Shown: positions 59,374 through 64,000 of the stretch, piece after piece
Position numbering within the stretch: the stretch's first letter is position 1
How the letters are laid out: each line of letters starts with the position of its first letter
NCBI GenBank assembly: GCA_035638155.1
Contig: DASRAP010000433.1
Location: 4,569-68,568, forward strand
Source of the DNA: Gemmatimonadaceae bacterium
Lineage (GTDB): Bacteria; Gemmatimonadota; Gemmatimonadetes; Gemmatimonadales; Gemmatimonadaceae
Length of the DNA: 64,000 nucleotides
Direction: 5' to 3'
Made by a program: the position numbers and the translations under genes
Notes under the pieces: generated by a model
The model's database searches: none
Told to the model about the DNA's origin: nothing
The model's input: only the letters and a program-made list of their open reading frames with translations

Positions 59374-60369
59374 ATGTCGGGCAAGCCGCGCGCACTCATC
59401 ACGGGGATCACTGGGCAAGACGGATTTTACCTCACCCGCCTTTTGCTCGAAAAAGGCTACGAGGTTCATGGGGTTGTGAGACGGGGGCAAAACCCGGATT
59501 TGCCCGTGGGCGTGGGCGTCCATCTTGGGGATCTCACGGACCCGGCTACCATTTACCAGGCGATCACCGACTCGGACCCGAGCGAGATTTACAACCTCGG
59601 TGCCCAAAGTCACGTCGGCGCGAGCTTCAAAGAAGCGTCGTACACGTTTCGCGCGACGGCCGAGCCGATCCTCACGATCCTCGAATGCCTCCGCGCGAAC
59701 GGCGGCGCCGCGCGCGGCGTCCGCGTCTATCAAGCGAGCTCGAGTGAGATGTTCGGGGATGCGCCGGCGCCGCAAAACGAAAACTCGCCCTTCCGTCCGC
59801 AAAGTCCGTATGCGGTCGCGAAGGTCGCCGCGCATCACACCGTCAGTCTCTATCGCAAGGCGTACGGCCTGTTTGTGGTGGGCGGGATCTTGTTCAATCA
59901 CGAGGGGCCGCGGCGGCCCCCGAGTTTCGTCACGCGCAAGATCACGCGCGGGGTCGCGCGGATTTTCTCGGGTAACGACGACTCTCTCACGCTCGGCAAT
60001 CTCGATGCTTGTCGGGACTGGGGCTTTGCGGGCGACTACGTCAAGGCCATGTGGCTCATGCTCCAGCAGGACACGCCGAAGGACTACATCGTGGCCACGG
60101 GCAATACGCATTCGGTGCGCGACTTCGTGATCGCCGCCTTCGATCACGCCAACCGACTCACGGGTAGAAATCTCCAGTGGGAGATGTTCGTGAAGACGAG
60201 CGCCGACCTCCAACGCCCCTCGGAGGTGCCGCATTTGCTCGGCAACGCCAGCCGCACATGCCAAGAGCTCGGTTGGGCGCCCGAGGTCAACTTCGACGGC
60301 TTGGTCCGGATGATGGTCGAGGCGGATCTCGAAGACCACGGCGTCGCGTTGATCCGCGCGACCGGTTGA
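59374..60369 (+). CDS. gmd: GDP-mannose 4,6-dehydratase
   Basis: Start at ATG 59374. ALITGITGQDGFYLTRLLLEKGYEVHGVVRR, YAVAKV (YxxxK) and overall SDR-extended layout are typical of Gmd. Confidence 0.85.
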   Translation: MSGKPRALITGITGQDGFYLTRLLLEKGYEVHGVVRRGQNPDLPVGVGVHLGDLTDPATIYQAITDSDPSEIYNLGAQSHVGASFKEASYTFRATAEPILTILECLRANGGAARGVRVYQASSSEMFGDAPAPQNENSPFRPQSPYAVAKVAAHHTVSLYRKAYGLFVVGGILFNHEGPRRPPSFVTRKITRGVARIFSGNDDSLTLGNLDACRDWGFAGDYVKAMWLMLQQDTPKDYIVATGNTHSVRDFVIAAFDHANRLTGRNLQWEMFVKTSADLQRPSEVPHLLGNASRTCQELGWAPEVNFDGLVRMMVEADLEDHGVALIRATG

Positions 60370-60396
60370 CATCTTGTTGCAAGATGTTACATCTTG
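60369..60396. promoter_or_regulatory. Operator-like AT-richer inverted + direct repeat (ACATCTTG)
   Basis: ACATCTTG-TTG-CAAGATGT (60369-60387) plus a third ACATCTTG at 60389-60396. Lies between the gmd stop and the ATG of the HTH-TM gene. Confidence 0.35.
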
Positions 60397-60400
60397 CTAC

Positions 60401-61072
60401 ATGGTGAAACTCTCGCATTCGTGGACCCATCAAGACATTCAACGCGTCTCGGCGGAAAGTTTGGTCGATACGCGTACGATCGAGCGGGCGCTGCGTGGCG
60501 ATCCAGTTCGACCGGGAAGCCGCACGCGCATCGTTGCCGCGGCGCGCGTCCTTCGTCTCAAGCTTCCGGCCGTGCTTTTGGCCGCTCTCTTGGCGTTCGG
60601 GTGCTCGCTCGACTCCGAGAGCTCGCGGCTTTTCGGGAGCGGCGGGGCGGCGGGCGCGGCGGTCGATAGCGCGGCCGGCGGCGTGGCGGGCAGCGTGTCG
60701 CTCGGGGGCGGCGCGGGCCCGGGCGGGAGCAATACGGGAGGCGTCAGTGGCAGTCCGCCCGTGGATTCCGGGACAACGACGTGCAGCGACGGAGAAAAGC
60801 GACCGTGCGCATGCATCGGGATTGAGGGCTCGGAGCGTTGCACCGGCGGCACTTGGGAAGTCTGCAAGGAAGTGCTCGGCGGGCTCTGTTGCAGTCAGCC
60901 CGGGGAATGGCTCGGCTGCTGGGGAAGCGGGTGTTTGGTCTGCCAACAGGATATCGCAGCGTTCCCCCATTACATGGAGCACCACCCTGCTTGCGTGATC
61001 ACCGATTGCGCGCCATCGGCGCGCGGCGCGTGTAACTCGGCTTGCCCCATGCCGACGGCGGCCGACCAGTGA
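60401..61072 (+). CDS. HTH-like N-terminus + TM + Gly/Ser-rich + Cys-rich ectodomain protein
   Basis: ATG 60401. DIQRVSAESLVDTRTIERALRG is HTH-like. PAVLLAALLAFGC is a TM, or a lipobox if processed. The C-terminal half has 16 Cys. Confidence 0.55.
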   Translation: MVKLSHSWTHQDIQRVSAESLVDTRTIERALRGDPVRPGSRTRIVAAARVLRLKLPAVLLAALLAFGCSLDSESSRLFGSGGAAGAAVDSAAGGVAGSVSLGGGAGPGGSNTGGVSGSPPVDSGTTTCSDGEKRPCACIGIEGSERCTGGTWEVCKEVLGGLCCSQPGEWLGCWGSGCLVCQQDIAAFPHYMEHHPACVITDCAPSARGACNSACPMPTAADQ

Positions 61073-61938
61073 TCTCGTCGATTCGCGTCACCCGCGATTA
61101 TCCGGTCTCGATTGCGGACAACGACGAATGGGCGCTCGGCGCGTGCCGCGGCGATGCGGATAACGTCAATTGGGACATGCTCTTTTCCCAAATCTCGCGC
61201 GATTGTTTGGTGGTCGACGTTGGCGCGCATCTTGGCACGTTCGCGGTGCGGGCGGCGGCGCTCGGCGCCTTCGTCATCGCGCTCGAAGCTGGGAGCTCGA
61301 ACGTGGAGCACCTTCGCAGAACTGCGCGACTCAATCCGGATCTTCGGATCGAGGTCGTCCACGGCGCGGCCTGGTCGAAGCCCGGACGAGTTCGGTTTCG
61401 CGAAGATCGCGCGTACGGAATGATCTGTGCGGAGGGCGGCGCAGAGATTGATGCCGTCACAGTCGACGATGTCGTGGATCTCTATCCGCGCTCGATGCGC
61501 AACCCCGACGTTTTCGTCAAAATCGATGTCGAGGGCTCGGAGCCGCAGGTGCTCCGCGGAATGCAGCACCTCCTTGCCTTCGATCCGGTGGTTTTTTACG
61601 AAAGCAATTCGCATACGCTCGCGCTCCAAGGCTCGGACATTCTTGAGCCCCGGCGGATTCTCGCGGAGAGTGGCTACGTCAGCTTTTTGATCCACGAGGG
61701 CGTGCTCTATCGCCTCGGTCCGGAAGACTCACAGCCGACGGTCTATACCGACGTGATTGCGCTCCGGCGGGAGCGGGCTATATCACCCGCGTCCGGAATG
61801 CCGCTTGCGCTCTTTCAATCGGCAATGCTTGCCGGGATGGCGCGTCTGCCCATTGAAGGCAAAGCGCACGTCCGGCGGGAGCTTCTCCGCCGTCCGGATC
61901 TCGCTAGCCCCGAGCTTCTCCATTTGATCGGCGAATGA
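61069..61938 (+). CDS. FkbM-family methyltransferase
   Basis: GTG in GTGA overlap. VVDVGAHLGTFAVRAA..ALEAGSSNVEHL..VKIDVEGSEPQVLRGM fits the FkbM pattern. Confidence 0.7.
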   Translation: MISSIRVTRDYPVSIADNDEWALGACRGDADNVNWDMLFSQISRDCLVVDVGAHLGTFAVRAAALGAFVIALEAGSSNVEHLRRTARLNPDLRIEVVHGAAWSKPGRVRFREDRAYGMICAEGGAEIDAVTVDDVVDLYPRSMRNPDVFVKIDVEGSEPQVLRGMQHLLAFDPVVFYESNSHTLALQGSDILEPRRILAESGYVSFLIHEGVLYRLGPEDSQPTVYTDVIALRRERAISPASGMPLALFQSAMLAGMARLPIEGKAHVRRELLRRPDLASPELLHLIGE

Positions 61939-63178
61939 CTCGAAACTCGGGCAGCGGCACAATGAACGCCCCACCGGCATCGAGGTAGGCCGCTTCGCGC
62001 TCGAGAAACTCGTCTAGGAAGTGCCACGGCAACACCAAGAAGTAGTCCGGCTTTTTCGCCCGCGCCTCTTCCTCGGAGATGATTGGGATTAACGAGCCGA
62101 CGGTTTTCTTTCCCCACTTGTCCGGGTTCCGCTCGGCGGCGGCCGCGATCATCGGGTGCTTCAAGCCGACATATTGGAGAAGCGTGTTGCCCTTGGTCGA
62201 GGCTCCGTAGACGTAAATGGTTTTTCCGCTCGAGCATTCCTTGGTGATGAAACTCGCTAGCTCGGTGGTTTCAGAAATCACGCGCTCGGCGAAGGACGTG
62301 TAGGCGTCGAGGCTGTCGAGGCCCATCCGGAGCTCGTCTTCGCGCATGCGGAGCACCGATGGGGAGGGAGAGCGGCCGAGCGCGGCCTTTCGCACGAACA
62401 CGCGGATGCTGCCGCCGTTGACATCATTGTGCTCCACGAATTCGACCGCAAACCCGTGCGCTCCCAAGAGGCGCTCGAGCGAAAGCAGCGAGTAATATTC
62501 CAGGTGCTCGTGACAGATGTTGTCCCACATCGTTCGGTCGAGCATCGATTTCAAGTCGGCCATTTGGATGATCCAAACGCCATCGGGCGCGAGCACGCTC
62601 GCAACATCGCGCACGAAAGCGTTTGGGTCGTCGAGGTCGTAGAACATCGCGATAGACGTCACGATGTCGGCGGGCGAGCTCATTTTTTCGTGGTAGGCCG
62701 CTGCGTTGAAAAAGTCGTTGATGATGAGGTTGTTTCCCTCGCTCGCGGCGGCGATCAGATTCTTCGCGGGCTCAAATCCGACGCGGGTGACGAAGTCGTC
62801 CGGGCGTCCGAGAGCGCCGCAGTAGGCGCGCAGCAACGTCCCGTCATTGGCGCCGATGTCGAGCGCGACCAACTTTTCGGGCAACCGATCGCGCTCTTCG
62901 GCGATCCAAGTGACCGCCAAGGCGGCGATGTCCTCGAGCTCTTTCGTCATGGATCGGTTGGTGCTCGAGCGATACCAGTAATGCCGATACATTTCCTCGG
63001 GCGGCACGGTGTGACGGAGTTGCACCAAGGTGCAGCCGCGGCAAAGCACCAAGTCGAGCGGGTAGGACGGCACGACGGTGTCGTCATCGACGAAGGCCGA
63101 CAAGTAGAGCTCGCCGAGGCCCAGGACTTCGAGCAGATCGGCGGAGTGACAAGCCCGGCAGACTTCGATGGTGCGCAT
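61904..63178 (-). CDS. SAM-dependent C-methyltransferase (NDP-hexose C-methyltransferase-like)
   Basis: N-terminal CRACHS..LCRGCTLVQL zinc ribbon. YWYRSSTN. LDIGANDG is a SAM motif. Length and layout resemble TylCIII-type enzymes. Confidence 0.7.
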   Translation of the reverse strand: MRTIEVCRACHSADLLEVLGLGELYLSAFVDDDTVVPSYPLDLVLCRGCTLVQLRHTVPPEEMYRHYWYRSSTNRSMTKELEDIAALAVTWIAEERDRLPEKLVALDIGANDGTLLRAYCGALGRPDDFVTRVGFEPAKNLIAAASEGNNLIINDFFNAAAYHEKMSSPADIVTSIAMFYDLDDPNAFVRDVASVLAPDGVWIIQMADLKSMLDRTMWDNICHEHLEYYSLLSLERLLGAHGFAVEFVEHNDVNGGSIRVFVRKAALGRSPSPSVLRMREDELRMGLDSLDAYTSFAERVISETTELASFITKECSSGKTIYVYGASTKGNTLLQYVGLKHPMIAAAAERNPDKWGKKTVGSLIPIISEEEARAKKPDYFLVLPWHFLDEFLEREAAYLDAGGAFIVPLPEFRVIRRSNGEARG

Positions 63179-63218
63179 CTCGACCCCGAGTGTCGTTCGA
63201 GAGGCCCGGTCCGGTCAA

Positions 63219-63719
63219 CTAACCGCGGGCAACGAGCGCGAGATTCGTGTCTTCTTCGGTGATCGATTCAACGACCATCCCGAGCCCGGCCATGAGATCG
63301 AGGAGGCGCGCATGGTCGAAGCCCGCATAGTGCGCGTTCAGGCGCCAGTTTTCTCTGCCGACCACGGCTTCGTGGCCGCCGTAGATCCAAAGGCTTGCCT
63401 CGCGCGCGTCGAATGTCCCATCGAGATAACGCTGACAGAGCACGCGCAAGTTCGGGACGCGGAGGGTCAGGCTCCCGCCGGGCTCCAAGACGCGTTTCCA
63501 TTCGACCAGAACGGTCTCCGTGTGCATCCAGGACGTGTGCTCGAGAATGTCACCCGCCAGGATCTCGGAGAACGCGCCGTCCGGCCACGGCAGCGGGCCG
63601 AAGACATCGACCGTCTCGTCGCACGGCATGCCTTCGGCGATGTCGACGTTCCAGAAGTCGTCTCGCCAATCGGGGCCGCAACCGAGGTTTAGCTTGTTGA
63701 AGTCTTCTCGTTGTCGCAT
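63219..63719 (-). CDS. Class I SAM-dependent methyltransferase (166 aa)
   Basis: LNLGCGPDWRDDFWNVD..ILAGDILEH..VLEPGGSLTLRVPN. Confidence 0.7.
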   Translation of the reverse strand: MRQREDFNKLNLGCGPDWRDDFWNVDIAEGMPCDETVDVFGPLPWPDGAFSEILAGDILEHTSWMHTETVLVEWKRVLEPGGSLTLRVPNLRVLCQRYLDGTFDAREASLWIYGGHEAVVGRENWRLNAHYAGFDHARLLDLMAGLGMVVESITEEDTNLALVARG

Positions 63720-64000
63720 CTATTCGATTCCCATCGCGCGGAGCATGTTCGGGAAAGAGTGGCGGGCGGCGTACGCGGACTGGCGCTCGAGCGCAGCTCT
63801 GCGCTTGTCGTCGTCTTCCAAGAGATCTCTCACGACCGCGTCCACTTCTTCTTTGTTTTCGTAGACGACGACCGCGCCGACGTGGCCGTGCAGGTCGAAG
63901 TAGGATTTGCTCCGGTCGACGACGAGCGGGATCTTAGCGGCCATGCAAAAACGCGCCGAGGCTGACGAATAGGCGCGACTCGTTGCGACGCGCGCCAGCA
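63720..64000 (-). CDS. Glycosyltransferase-like protein, C-terminal part only (N-terminus beyond window end)
   Basis: The frame stays open upstream of the track Met to position 64000 (..LARVATSRAYSSASARFCMAAKIPLVVD..). The tail resembles GT C-terminal regions. The functional call is weak. Confidence 0.45.
   Translation of the reverse strand, partial: LARVATSRAYSSASARFCMAAKIPLVVDRSKSYFDLHGHVGAVVVYENKEEVDAVVRDLLEDDDKRRAALERQSAYAARHSFPNMLRAMGIE

Noticed and set aside
59330-59380. Prophage end or att site between the divergent genes at 59342 and 59374
   Set aside because: There are only 31 nt with no repeat, tRNA or composition shift that I can see. The boundary cannot be placed from this window.

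Overview
High-GC window, with G/C at most third codon positions and long Arg/Ala-rich antisense shadow ORFs, so I trusted only frames with protein-like composition, SD-like leaders or ATGA/GTGA/TAATG stop-start coupling. Positions 1-59342 read as one virus-like element in four transcription blocks. (A) 1-22439, minus strand: a late operon with a pC194-type rolling-circle Rep, an RHH regulator, a transglutaminase-like protease, three consecutive TM-free capsid-size ORFs, about 15 membrane-anchored proteins and two peptidoglycan hydrolases. (B1) 22451-32142, mostly minus strand: accessory and early genes including HNH nucleases, a C5-methyltransferase, an HTH protein, a DUF3560-like protein, RadC and a two-domain beta-clamp-like protein. 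(B2) 32161-48297, plus strand: about 50 tightly coupled small ORFs including many zinc-ribbon miniproteins, 2 NUDIX, ASCH, Endo VII, an integrase-like gene and an HExxH protein. (C) 48298-59342, minus strand: a spike/fibre block with four proteins sharing one N-terminal adaptor, a 20-aa x 16 repeat protein and more TM proteins. I saw no terminase, portal, tape-measure, tube/sheath or baseplate gene, and no complete tRNA, rRNA or CRISPR array. My main hypothesis is a large tail-less, internal-membrane (PRD1/PM2-like in logic, but much larger) temperate phage. This is inference and needs structure prediction. Positions 59374-64000 hold a deoxy-sugar/methyltransferase/glycosyltransferase cluster (gmd, FkbM-type, C-methyltransferase) that is either host DNA or a conversion module. 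All functional calls rest on motif recognition by eye, not database searches.
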